From the IMG/VR virus record IMGVR_UViG_3300002220_000771: DNA of 20,000 nt, one strand, 5' to 3'. This document shows positions 8,570-16,804 of the stretch, one piece after another; within the stretch, counting starts at the first letter, position 1; the number at the start of each line of letters is the position of its first letter. The notes beneath the pieces were generated by a model. It saw only the letters and a program-made list of their open reading frames with translations, ran no database searches and had not been told where the DNA came from. The DNA comes from an uncultured virus (IMG/VR IMGVR_UViG_3300002220_000771) (Duplodnaviria > Heunggongvirae > Uroviricota > Caudoviricetes). Made by a program: the position numbers and the translations under genes.

Positions 8570-8868
8570 ATATTGTGACACCAGAAGAAGTTCATAGATA
8601 TGCTGTAGATAAAGGTTGGTGGGAAAATGAAAGACCGGTTCCAGAATTGTTATGTTTATTACATTCAGAGGTATCTGAGGCATTAGAAGCGTATAGAAAT
8701 AATATAATGTCAGGAGAGCCGGGATGTCTTGAAGAAGAATTGGCCGATCTTGTAATTAGAATATGGGATATGTGTGGTGCATTTCATATTGATATTGCTG
8801 AGGAAGTAAATAAGAAACATCAAATTAATTTACAAAGACCCTATAGACATGGTAATAAAAAGTGTTAA
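8566..8868 (+). CDS. MazG-like NTP pyrophosphohydrolase
   Basis: LLHSEVSEALEA ... EEELADLVIR acidic MazG motifs; C-terminal N..RPYRHG. Confidence 0.85.
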   Translation: MNIVTPEEVHRYAVDKGWWENERPVPELLCLLHSEVSEALEAYRNNIMSGEPGCLEEELADLVIRIWDMCGAFHIDIAEEVNKKHQINLQRPYRHGNKKC

Positions 8869-8871
8869 TAT

Positions 8872-9438
8872 ATGAGTATACTTAGTGATAAGCAAATGAA
8901 ATTATTGTGTTTGTTAGATACACAAATTTCATCATGTAGAGAATGTAATTTATATGAAAATGGGAGAGCACATCCTTATTGGACACCTAATTCAGAATAT
9001 GTGATTATAGGAGAAGCACCCGGTTTAGATGAAGTAGAACAACAAACACCCTTTATTGGTAGAGCCGGAAGGATATTGTGGGAGATGATGAAAAAATTTG
9101 AACTATATAGGGAACAGTTTTTAATAATTAATTCTGTAAACTGTAGACCAGTAGATGGAAAAAAGAATGGTAAACCAAAAGATGAAGAAATGCAATTATG
9201 TAAAAAATGGATACGAAAATATGTCAAAGTTATAAATCCGGAAAAAATATTACTTTTAGGTTCTTATGCTATACGAACAACTACTGGATTAGATGAAAGT
9301 GTAATAAAAAATAATTCACAGCTTACAATATATGAAAATTTTAAAGCAGTAAAGTCTGTACATCCTGCGTTTACGATTTACAGTAAAGGTGGTATAGTGT
9401 TATTAGAAGAGAGTATAAAACAATTCAAATTATTATAA
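8872..9438 (+). CDS. Family-4 uracil-DNA glycosylase (Fe-S type)
   Basis: CRECNL, GEAPG..E...PFIGRAG, NSVNCRP, a fourth Cys, LLG and HPA motifs. Confidence 0.92.
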   Translation: MSILSDKQMKLLCLLDTQISSCRECNLYENGRAHPYWTPNSEYVIIGEAPGLDEVEQQTPFIGRAGRILWEMMKKFELYREQFLIINSVNCRPVDGKKNGKPKDEEMQLCKKWIRKYVKVINPEKILLLGSYAIRTTTGLDESVIKNNSQLTIYENFKAVKSVHPAFTIYSKGGIVLLEESIKQFKLL

Positions 9439-9449
9439 GAGGTATCATT

Positions 9450-9677
9450 ATGTTATCGGAACATGAGTTTGTAGTCGCAATAAGGGACAGAATTTATCCA
9501 AAAATAGTAGAGATTGAAAGAGAATGTATTCAATTATATAATAAAAAATATTATCCGGGTATTGGACCTACTGGGTTTTCCTGTTCATGTATAAATGAAT
9601 ACGATTATAGTATTCAACTTTTAGAATCAATAATGAGTTTATTACAGAAATTAGATTATAAGAAAGGAATAATGTAA
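9450..9677 (+). CDS. Hypothetical protein
   Basis: 75 aa, GAGG RBS, tightly packed in the operon. Confidence 0.6.
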   Translation: MLSEHEFVVAIRDRIYPKIVEIERECIQLYNKKYYPGIGPTGFSCSCINEYDYSIQLLESIMSLLQKLDYKKGIM

Positions 9678-10027
9678 TGGCAACAAGAGATTTGGTTGAT
9701 GTTTATATAGGGAGTAAAAAATGTGAAAGTGTGGAAAGAAAAGAATTATTTGGATATATTGTTGGTTTATGTATGCCTCATATACAGTTTATGTCAAAAG
9801 ATGCCATAATAGAATGGATAGAAGAATCGTGTTTTTTACTTGAAGAAACATTGGAATGGGCTAAAAATCCTTCTCTTAAAAGGAAAATAACATATGTAAG
9901 AGATTATATATTTAGAAAAAGAGATATATTGTCAAGAGAAAGAACTATAATGTTTTTAACGAATATTGTATTATCTAGTCAAGGTTTAGGAACTATTCCT
10001 GGTCTAACAATTAAAAAGAGAAATTAA
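9677..10027 (+). CDS. Hypothetical protein
   Basis: 116 aa, TAATG coupling, AAGGA RBS. Confidence 0.65.
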   Translation: MATRDLVDVYIGSKKCESVERKELFGYIVGLCMPHIQFMSKDAIIEWIEESCFLLEETLEWAKNPSLKRKITYVRDYIFRKRDILSRERTIMFLTNIVLSSQGLGTIPGLTIKKRN

Positions 10028-11152
10028 ATGAAAGAAATAACTAAATTATTAAAAGAAGATCTTGATAAAATGAGTAAGATGGGTGTAGAAGAATATACAC
10101 TTTATCGTAAATGGGAAGAACTTAATGAAAAAGAATGGTCTAAAAAAGAACTTAATGAAATTTATTTTATTAAAAAATCTATTTGGATACCTAAAAATCC
10201 TGAAGATTATTTGAAATTGAAGCCAGTTATTGTGCTTGCAGATGATGTAAGAAAAAGCTTTATCTGGACAGTTCTTAGAATGTTTACATCAACAATGCAT
10301 TGGAATGCTAGTCCTGGACGGCTTCTTCGGTTTTATGTTATGGATAGTATAACTAATACCTATCTTGGTGTAATATCATTAGCATCGGATTTCTTAGCAT
10401 TAGGTGGAAGAGATAGTTATATAGGATGGACAAGAGATCAGAGAATAACGGGGCATATGATAAATCACACTGGAATGGGATCATCAATAGTTCCTACACA
10501 ACCATTAGGTTATAATTATACCGGTGGTAAATTAATGTCATTACTTATATTATCAGATGTTGTAGAAAAAACTTGGAATGATAAATATGGTGATGTATTA
10601 GCTGGAATAACAACCACAAGTCTTTATGGTGGTTTATCTCAATATAATAGATTAAAATATTGGCATAAATGTAGTAGTACAGAGGGTAAAATACCAATAG
10701 AACCATCTAATGAAGTATATTTAAAAGTCCGAGATTGGGTAAAAGAAAATTGTAAAGAAGAATTTGATATATTACAAGAGAAGAAAATATCATCAAAAAC
10801 AGGCAAGTCACAACCTAAATCACATCCTAAATCAAGAATATTATTTCTGGCTAATAATAAATTAAAAGTAAAAGTGATTGAAAATGAATTTTCACGTGGA
10901 GTATATTTTGCTAACTTATATGATAATACCAGAGAATTTTTAAGTAAAAAAAGTGATAAATTAGGAAATAAATTATTTGATAATTCAGTAGAAGCATTAA
11001 CAGAGTTATGGAAAGAAAGATATGCTAATAATAGATTGAAAAATATAAAAGAAAAAGGAACTTATAATACTAATATTTTATTTTATGATGATATGATAAA
11101 AATGAGTTGGGATGATGCTAAAAAACAATATTTAAGTGAGGTGGGTAGATAA
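10028..11152 (+). CDS. DruA/DUF4338-like protein
   Basis: PGR..RFYV.D......LGVI.L.S, RD.YIGW, P.QP..YN..GGKL, TTSLYG..SQYNRL match the pattern recalled for Druantia DruA (DUF4338). Confidence 0.7.
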   Translation: MKEITKLLKEDLDKMSKMGVEEYTLYRKWEELNEKEWSKKELNEIYFIKKSIWIPKNPEDYLKLKPVIVLADDVRKSFIWTVLRMFTSTMHWNASPGRLLRFYVMDSITNTYLGVISLASDFLALGGRDSYIGWTRDQRITGHMINHTGMGSSIVPTQPLGYNYTGGKLMSLLILSDVVEKTWNDKYGDVLAGITTTSLYGGLSQYNRLKYWHKCSSTEGKIPIEPSNEVYLKVRDWVKENCKEEFDILQEKKISSKTGKSQPKSHPKSRILFLANNKLKVKVIENEFSRGVYFANLYDNTREFLSKKSDKLGNKLFDNSVEALTELWKERYANNRLKNIKEKGTYNTNILFYDDMIKMSWDDAKKQYLSEVGR

Positions 11153-11325
11153 TGATATGCTATAGTTGTAAATATTATGAAATGTCTGATCATATGAGAG
11201 GGTTTTGTCATAGATATCCTCCAGATAATGGAATTACAAAAGTAAGGGGTGATTGGTGGTGTGGTGAATATGAAAGATATTTAGAAAGAATTACAATAGA
11301 AGGAGAAGGTGAAAATTTAAGCTAA
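11152..11325 (+). CDS. Small Cys-rich metal-binding protein (57 aa; not in ORF track)
   Basis: MICYSCKYY...GFCHRYPP...WWCGEY...; TAATG coupling to the upstream stop; GAGG RBS. Confidence 0.7.
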   Translation: MICYSCKYYEMSDHMRGFCHRYPPDNGITKVRGDWWCGEYERYLERITIEGEGENLS

Positions 11326-11356
11326 TTAGTAGATAATATAAAAATTATTAGATTTA

Positions 11357-11364
11357 TATAAATA
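11357..11364 (+). promoter_or_regulatory. Putative T4-type late promoter for the GIY-YIG endonuclease
   Basis: TATAAATA in the intergenic gap, 24 nt before the ATG at 11389, followed by a GAGGTG RBS. Confidence 0.6.
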
Positions 11365-11388
11365 CTATAAAGAAGATTGAGGTGATTT

Positions 11389-12081
11389 ATGGGAATTGTA
11401 TATAAAGCTAAATGTTTGATAAATGGTAAATCATATGTTGGTAAAACGATATTATCATTGAATGAAAGAATAAGAGGTCATATAAAACATTCTAAAAAAA
11501 CAACATCAAGAGGTTTATTTCCTCGTTCTCTTATAAAGTATGGTTTTGATAATTTTGAATGGACCATTCTTTGTGAGTGTGATACTCCTGAAATTTTAAA
11601 TATAATGGAAACATTTTATATTATAGTTTATAAAACCCATATAAATGAAGGAGGATATAATATTACATGGGGTGGTGATGGTGGTGATACATTTACTAAT
11701 AGTAAGAAAAAAGAAGAAACAAGAGAAAAAAATCGTATAAGAAATATTGGTAGACGTTTTAGTTGGGGTGATGATACACAGGCTGGTCGTGATAGATTAC
11801 GAGAATGTAGAATGGGTAAAAAACAATCAAAAGAAACTATTGAAAAACGATCACAATCAATGAAAGGAAAAAATACAAAACCAAAAACATCTGAGCATAG
11901 GAAACATATTAGTAGTTCACTTATTGGTAGAAAGTTGTCAAATGAACACATAGAGAATATTAGAAAAGCATCAACAGGAAGAAAGCATACAAATGAAGCA
12001 AAAAAGAAAATGTGTATGATGGCAAAAGAAAGAGAAAAAAATAAGAAAGAACAAAAGGAGAAAATGTATGGCTGCAACTAA
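11389..12081 (+). CDS. GIY-YIG homing endonuclease with NUMOD3 repeats (Seg-like)
   Basis: GIVY...NGKSYVG, R...H, catalytic E, GYN; C-terminal repeats QSKETIEKRS, TSEHRKHIS, LSNEHIENIR, HTNEAKKKM. Confidence 0.9.
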   Translation: MGIVYKAKCLINGKSYVGKTILSLNERIRGHIKHSKKTTSRGLFPRSLIKYGFDNFEWTILCECDTPEILNIMETFYIIVYKTHINEGGYNITWGGDGGDTFTNSKKKEETREKNRIRNIGRRFSWGDDTQAGRDRLRECRMGKKQSKETIEKRSQSMKGKNTKPKTSEHRKHISSSLIGRKLSNEHIENIRKASTGRKHTNEAKKKMCMMAKEREKNKKEQKEKMYGCN

Positions 12082-12574
12082 AAGCGCAAAAAGAATTGAT
12101 ATTATAAAGAAAGTTATTACTCAATTAAAGGATGTTAGTAAAAACGAAAATATTGAAACAATATATCCACATCTTTTGAATGAGGTAACAAGGTTATATG
12201 AAGAATATAAAGGATTAAAATCAGAAACTGCAAGAGAAAGAGCAAAGAAAAATTTGTTATGGGAGGGAAATGTAAATACAACAGTTCATAATGTATTGTT
12301 TTTCGGAACTTCACATAGACCAGATCTTGTTTTGCAATTTGAAGAAGGATTGAGAATTGCCATTGAAATTAAAAGGGGGGATTCTGGTGATTCTATAAGA
12401 GAAGGTATTGGCCAGTCTTTAGTATATTCTGCATGTAGTTTTGATTTTGTTGTATTATTGTTTATTGATACATCTAAAGAAGGTAAGATAGTAAATTCAA
12501 TGTCTGGGGATAAAGAATCACGGTTTATAGAACAATTATGGTTTGAGCATAATGTATTATTTAGTGTAATATGA
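12068..12574 (+). CDS. PD-(D/E)xK nuclease with QxxxY motif (restriction-endonuclease-like)
   Basis: E...RPDL...IAIEIK...GIGQSLVY. Confidence 0.75.
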   Translation: MAATKSAKRIDIIKKVITQLKDVSKNENIETIYPHLLNEVTRLYEEYKGLKSETARERAKKNLLWEGNVNTTVHNVLFFGTSHRPDLVLQFEEGLRIAIEIKRGDSGDSIREGIGQSLVYSACSFDFVVLLFIDTSKEGKIVNSMSGDKESRFIEQLWFEHNVLFSVI

Positions 12575-12591
12575 AAGGAAGGTGATATAAA

Positions 12592-12888
12592 ATGTTGTAT
12601 TTTGAACTTTTTGATAAAGATGTAAAGTTGAAAAAATTACAATTAAGTTTTGATAATATAAATGAATATAATCTGTTTATGAAAAGTGATGATGCTGTCA
12701 AATTTAGAAATAAAATGGAAGTAAAATATGATATTGAAATAATGCCCTATAACAGTAATACTGTAGGGTTTTCATTTTGTGATGATGGTAGATCAGATTG
12801 TGAATTCGTCAATATGATTATTTGTGTTGGTTGTAGAGAGGAATGGAAAAGATTTTTTGAGAAATATGGATATTTAATTGAAGTGTAA
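12592..12888 (+). CDS. Hypothetical protein, paralog of 13240-13527
   Basis: Shares FDNI.EY, FR...E.KY, VGFSFCD and EW..FFEKYGYL with the downstream ORF. Confidence 0.75.
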   Translation: MLYFELFDKDVKLKKLQLSFDNINEYNLFMKSDDAVKFRNKMEVKYDIEIMPYNSNTVGFSFCDDGRSDCEFVNMIICVGCREEWKRFFEKYGYLIEV

Positions 12889-12942
12889 ATTTTAAAAGAG
12901 AATATATGTTTGTTAAAAATTTTAAAAGGGAGGTATTTTGTT

Positions 12943-13149
12943 ATGCCAGGAAGAGATGGAACAGGCCCAATGGGTACAGGAAGAGGTATGGGAAGAGGTA
13001 GAAAATCTGGAACAAGAAGAGTATTATTAGGTCCAGGTGGTAAGTGTATTTGTCCGGATTGTGGTAAAACAATAGATCATGTTCGTGGAATACCATGTAT
13101 AACAGTAGATTGTCCTGATTGTGGAACAAAAATGACTAGACAAATATAA
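12943..13149 (+). CDS. Small Gly-rich protein (DUF5320-like N-terminus) with double zinc ribbon
   Basis: GGAGG RBS at 12929-12933 supports the ATG at 12943; MPGRDGTGPMG..GRG and GPGGKCICPDCG..H.RG.PC...CPDCG.KM.R. Confidence 0.75.
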   Translation: MPGRDGTGPMGTGRGMGRGRKSGTRRVLLGPGGKCICPDCGKTIDHVRGIPCITVDCPDCGTKMTRQI

Positions 13150-13179
13150 GTTAAAGTTATTTTCAAAAGTAAAAATGTC

Positions 13180-13208
13180 TTTACTTTGTTATTGGTTTAT
13201 GGTATAGT
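13180..13208 (+). promoter_or_regulatory. Sigma70-type promoter upstream of the acidic protein and DNA polymerase
   Basis: TTTACT, 17-nt spacer, TATAGT with a TGn extension, in the intergenic gap. Confidence 0.6.
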
Positions 13209-13239
13209 GTATAAAATGATATTAAAAGGAGTTTTACGT

Positions 13240-13527
13240 ATGTTAGAATTTATTTTATTAAATGAGGATACGGATGTTGAATATGGTTTATTTTCATTAA
13301 AATTTGATAATATAGACGAATATTATGATTTTATTGATGAATCAGATGAGGTAGCCGAATTTCGTAAGTATTTGGAAGATAAGTATGAATGTCAAATTGA
13401 AATAATAGGTGATGATGATGGTGTTGTTGGTTTTTCATTCTGTGATATATATGAAGAAGATGAAATTATAGAGTTTGTTACTGAGTGGGAAAACTTTTTT
13501 GAGAAATATGGATATTTGGTACAATAA
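13240..13527 (+). CDS. Highly acidic small protein (95 aa), paralog of 12592-12888
   Basis: AAGGAG RBS supports the ATG at 13240; about 30 D/E versus 5 K/R by manual count; TAATG coupling to the polymerase. Confidence 0.75.
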   Translation: MLEFILLNEDTDVEYGLFSLKFDNIDEYYDFIDESDEVAEFRKYLEDKYECQIEIIGDDDGVVGFSFCDIYEEDEIIEFVTEWENFFEKYGYLVQ

Positions 13528-16166
13528 TGTTTAAAAATTGCTTTTATGATTCACGAAAGAGTATGATTCATCTTTGGGAACAAGTTAATGGTAGGAATTT
13601 ATATAATACTTATCATTGGGTTCCTTATGTTTTTAAAAATAGTGATGATGGTGAAGTAAAAACTATTACAGGTCTTCAAGCATCCAAAGTATTATTTAGT
13701 AATTATAGTGAATATTATAATACTTGTAAGGATAGTGTTGAATTTTATGAAAATAAGGTTAATTCAGAAATTCAATTCCTTTCTGAACGATATAATGGTA
13801 TATCTGATGATGAAATAGATGCACCTAAATTAAGAGTTTATTCTATTGATATAGAAGTTAATAGTGAGAAATCATTCCCCACAGTTTATGAAGCAAAGCA
13901 TCCAGTAGTTCTTGTATCTGTTTATGATAATTTAGAAAATAAGACAACAGTGTTTGGCTCTAAACCTTACAATGGTAAATACAAAGATCGAGATTTTTTA
14001 ACTTATGTGCATTGTAAAGATGAATCTACTCTTTTAATATCATTATTCAATCATTTTGAGATGAATCCATGTGATGTTATTTCAGGTTATAATTGCCAGT
14101 ATTTTGATTTAGCGTATTTGATTAATAGGTCAAAAGTTTTATTTGGCGAAAATACAGATATTTATAAAAAACTGTCTCCTATAAAGGTTGTTAGAACATG
14201 GGTATCTCAAGATTCTAAAGATATGAATATTGATATTACAGGCGTTACTATTCTTGATTATTTGGATTTATATAAATGGTATTCTCCTACTAAATTAGAA
14301 AGTTATAAGTTAGATTTTGTATGTAAATATGAATTAGAAAAAGGAAAAGTTGATTATTCAGAATATAAAGATTTAAGAACTTTATATTCTGAAAATTGGG
14401 ATTTATATGTTGAATATAATATAATTGATGCTTATCGTGTTGCACAACTTGAAGAAAAATTAGGTTATATTAAATTAGTTCAAGCATTATCATTGTTGTG
14501 TAAAACACCTATGAAATTTTACCATACAATGACACAATTAATAGAAGGTTTAATGCTTACCCATTTTAGAAGAAATAATTTATGTGCACCTACTTTCTTT
14601 GGGGGTACACAGGAAACATTTGAAGCGGCATATGTAAAAGAACCACAAGTTGGTAGATATGATTGGGTTGTTGATTTTGATATTGCAAGTTCATATCCTA
14701 CAGCAATTATAACATTAAATATGTCACCTGAAACTCAATATGGTAGAATAATTGAAATGACTGAAGAACAGGTTATGTTTTATACTACTAAAAGAGAATT
14801 TCCTGTTTTTAAAATAAGAAAAGATAGGGGAATAGTAACATTTGATGGGAAAAAATTAGAAATATTTAATGCAGCATTACAAAAAAAATTGTTATGTATT
14901 GCACCATGTGGAACAGTGTTTTCAACAAGACAAACAGGTGTCATTGCAGAAGTAGAAAAGAAAGTATTTGAAAAAAGAATTGAAATAAAAAATAAAATGA
15001 TAAAAATGAAAAAGAATCTTTCTGAACTTCGTGGAAAAAATCTTGATAAGACACAACAAAAAATAGATCAGTTTCATTCATTACAACATGCTTTAAAAAT
15101 TGTATTAAATGCTGTATTTGGAACTCTTGCAGTTCCATTTTCAAGATATTTTAATATTGATATCGCAGAAGCTATTGTTTCCTGTGGTAGACAAACAATT
15201 AAAAAAGCAGAAAAATATGTAAATGATTTATTGAACTCACCAACATCTGAATTATTGTTAGAATTAAGTAATATTGATACTGTTGATGTAGAAAAAATTA
15301 AAAATCAAGATTTTATAATCTATTGTGATACAGATAGTTTATATCTTAATGTTGGTATGTTTTTTGATATTTTTATAGGGAAAGATTGGAGAGGATTTAC
15401 AGATGATGTTATTATTACTCATATTTTGAATATAACAAAATATATTGAAAATTATTTAAATGATAAGGCGTACCGTGATATACAAAGAAAAGCATATAAT
15501 TCACCGGTTACTGATTTTAGAATAAAGTTTAAACAAGAGGTCATTGCTAAATCTGCTTTATTTGTAAAGAAAAAGAAATATTCATTATGGCATGTTAATG
15601 AAGAAGGCGCCCCAGTAGATAAAATAAAAACTACTGGACTTGAAATTATAAGATCAGAAACACCAGAATCTGTAAGACCTATGTTACGAGATTTAATGGA
15701 AATGATTTTAAAAAATAATTCTGATAAAGATATTAGAGATAGAATTATAAAGAATAAAAAGGAGTTATCTAAAATAATACCAGAGGAGATTGCAGTAAAT
15801 ATTGGTATTCATGATCTTGATAAATATATTGATGAGAATAATAAATGTGCTAAAGGAACACCAATGCATGTAAAAGGTGTTGCAAATTATAGAGCATTAT
15901 TGAAAAATCTTAAACTTGAAAATCAATATGAGGAAATTGAAACAGGTGCTAAGGTTAAAGTTGTATATTTAAAGAAAAATCAATTTGGATATGATGTAAT
16001 GTCATTTAACAGGTGGCCTAAAGAGTTTGATAAAGTTATACAGGTCGATATAACAAAAATGATAGAAAAACAATTTATAGGAAAAATAAAAACTATTTTA
16101 AAACCAATGGAAAAACAAGATTTGATAGATGATACAATATCTACATTAGGAACTTTTTTTAAATGA
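13527..16166 (+). CDS. 43: Family B DNA polymerase (gp43-like)
   Basis: ExoI DIE, ExoII GYN...FD, ExoIII YNIID; polymerase motifs DIASSYP, KIVLNAVFG, YCDTDS, KKKY, GLEIIRS. Confidence 0.96.
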   Translation: MFKNCFYDSRKSMIHLWEQVNGRNLYNTYHWVPYVFKNSDDGEVKTITGLQASKVLFSNYSEYYNTCKDSVEFYENKVNSEIQFLSERYNGISDDEIDAPKLRVYSIDIEVNSEKSFPTVYEAKHPVVLVSVYDNLENKTTVFGSKPYNGKYKDRDFLTYVHCKDESTLLISLFNHFEMNPCDVISGYNCQYFDLAYLINRSKVLFGENTDIYKKLSPIKVVRTWVSQDSKDMNIDITGVTILDYLDLYKWYSPTKLESYKLDFVCKYELEKGKVDYSEYKDLRTLYSENWDLYVEYNIIDAYRVAQLEEKLGYIKLVQALSLLCKTPMKFYHTMTQLIEGLMLTHFRRNNLCAPTFFGGTQETFEAAYVKEPQVGRYDWVVDFDIASSYPTAIITLNMSPETQYGRIIEMTEEQVMFYTTKREFPVFKIRKDRGIVTFDGKKLEIFNAALQKKLLCIAPCGTVFSTRQTGVIAEVEKKVFEKRIEIKNKMIKMKKNLSELRGKNLDKTQQKIDQFHSLQHALKIVLNAVFGTLAVPFSRYFNIDIAEAIVSCGRQTIKKAEKYVNDLLNSPTSELLLELSNIDTVDVEKIKNQDFIIYCDTDSLYLNVGMFFDIFIGKDWRGFTDDVIITHILNITKYIENYLNDKAYRDIQRKAYNSPVTDFRIKFKQEVIAKSALFVKKKKYSLWHVNEEGAPVDKIKTTGLEIIRSETPESVRPMLRDLMEMILKNNSDKDIRDRIIKNKKELSKIIPEEIAVNIGIHDLDKYIDENNKCAKGTPMHVKGVANYRALLKNLKLENQYEEIETGAKVKVVYLKKNQFGYDVMSFNRWPKEFDKVIQVDITKMIEKQFIGKIKTILKPMEKQDLIDDTISTLGTFFK

Positions 16167-16306
16167 GAAGAGAATTGAAAATAAAATGGTGTGATAGATG
16201 TGATTCCTGGTATATTGAATGCTCTAGATGTGGTAATAATTCTTGTAATGGTGGAATAGGAGAAAATGGTAATTGTCCTGTTTGTTTGAAAGTATATGAA
16301 TTGTAA
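16163..16306 (+). CDS. Small Cys-rich protein (47 aa; not in ORF track), possibly ending at a premature stop
   Basis: ATGA overlap with the polymerase stop; CDRC...CSRCGNNSC...CPVC. Confidence 0.6.
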   Translation: MRRELKIKWCDRCDSWYIECSRCGNNSCNGGIGENGNCPVCLKVYEL

Positions 16307-16359
16307 GATTCTATTAATGATGAGCAGGATATGTTATTACTTGAGTTGGTAGGGAATAA

Positions 16360-16566
16360 ATGAAATTTATATGTGCTGATTCTAATTTATGTCAGGATTT
16401 TTGGCAACATCAAGGAGTCAAAATTAGATATTCTTGTACAAGTGAATTTTTGACAAATGATAATGAAGCAGTTATGACTGATTGTAGTATAATTAAAAGA
16501 AAGGTATGTATGGTTCCAATTAGTAAATTTAAAGATGAAATAAATGATATATTAGGAGTATGGTAA
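16360..16566 (+). CDS. Hypothetical Cys-containing protein
   Basis: 68-aa ORF in a tightly packed run. Confidence 0.55.
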   Translation: MKFICADSNLCQDFWQHQGVKIRYSCTSEFLTNDNEAVMTDCSIIKRKVCMVPISKFKDEINDILGVW

Positions 16567-16775
16567 TGACTAAAGAAGATGCATTAAGAATTTTAGAATT
16601 ATATAAGGATTTAGAATTACTTAACGGTACATTCCCAAAAGAACATCCTGAAAGAATACTTTATAATGAAAAAATAAAAACTATAATAATGGCACTTAGA
16701 ATATTGAGATCTAAAAATTGGGATTTATATGATGAGGTTAATAATATTAGAGATATTGAAGCAAAAATTAATTAA
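16560..16775 (+). CDS. Hypothetical protein
   Basis: AGGAG RBS (likely start ATG 16566); MTKEDAL start is typical of small phage proteins. Confidence 0.6.
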   Translation: MVMTKEDALRILELYKDLELLNGTFPKEHPERILYNEKIKTIIMALRILRSKNWDLYDEVNNIRDIEAKIN

Positions 16776-16804
16776 TAATATATGATGAATAAAGGAATAA
16801 GTAA

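Larger units (their letters stand above)
12853..13517 (+). repeat. 23-nt direct repeat shared by the two paralogs (12853-12875 and 13495-13517)
   Basis: TTTTTTGAGAAATATGGATATTT is identical in both copies. Confidence 0.85.

Noticed and set aside
10028..11152. Complete Druantia defence system
   Set aside because: No DruE helicase or other Dru genes in the window; the only SF2 helicase is a typical UvsW
12910..13239. ORF-track TTG starts at 12910 and 13186
   Set aside because: Strong RBSs sit directly before the ATGs at 12943 and 13240; the 13186 extension overlaps a promoter and does not align with the paralog
559..14166. Other TATAAATA matches (for example 559 and 583 on minus, 1784, 3363, and 14159 on minus)
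   Set aside because: They are intragenic or antisense, not placed before a start, and expected by chance at this AT content
3330..15144. Alternative-frame or antisense ORFs in the track (3330-3533, 3672-3875, 5192-5446, 5639-5923, 6304-6618, 7304-7597, 8305-8595, 8495-8683, 8976-9227, 11628-12077, 12941-13129, 14941-15144)
   Set aside because: They lie antisense to well-supported genes, have F/L/I/Y-biased shadow composition and show no motifs
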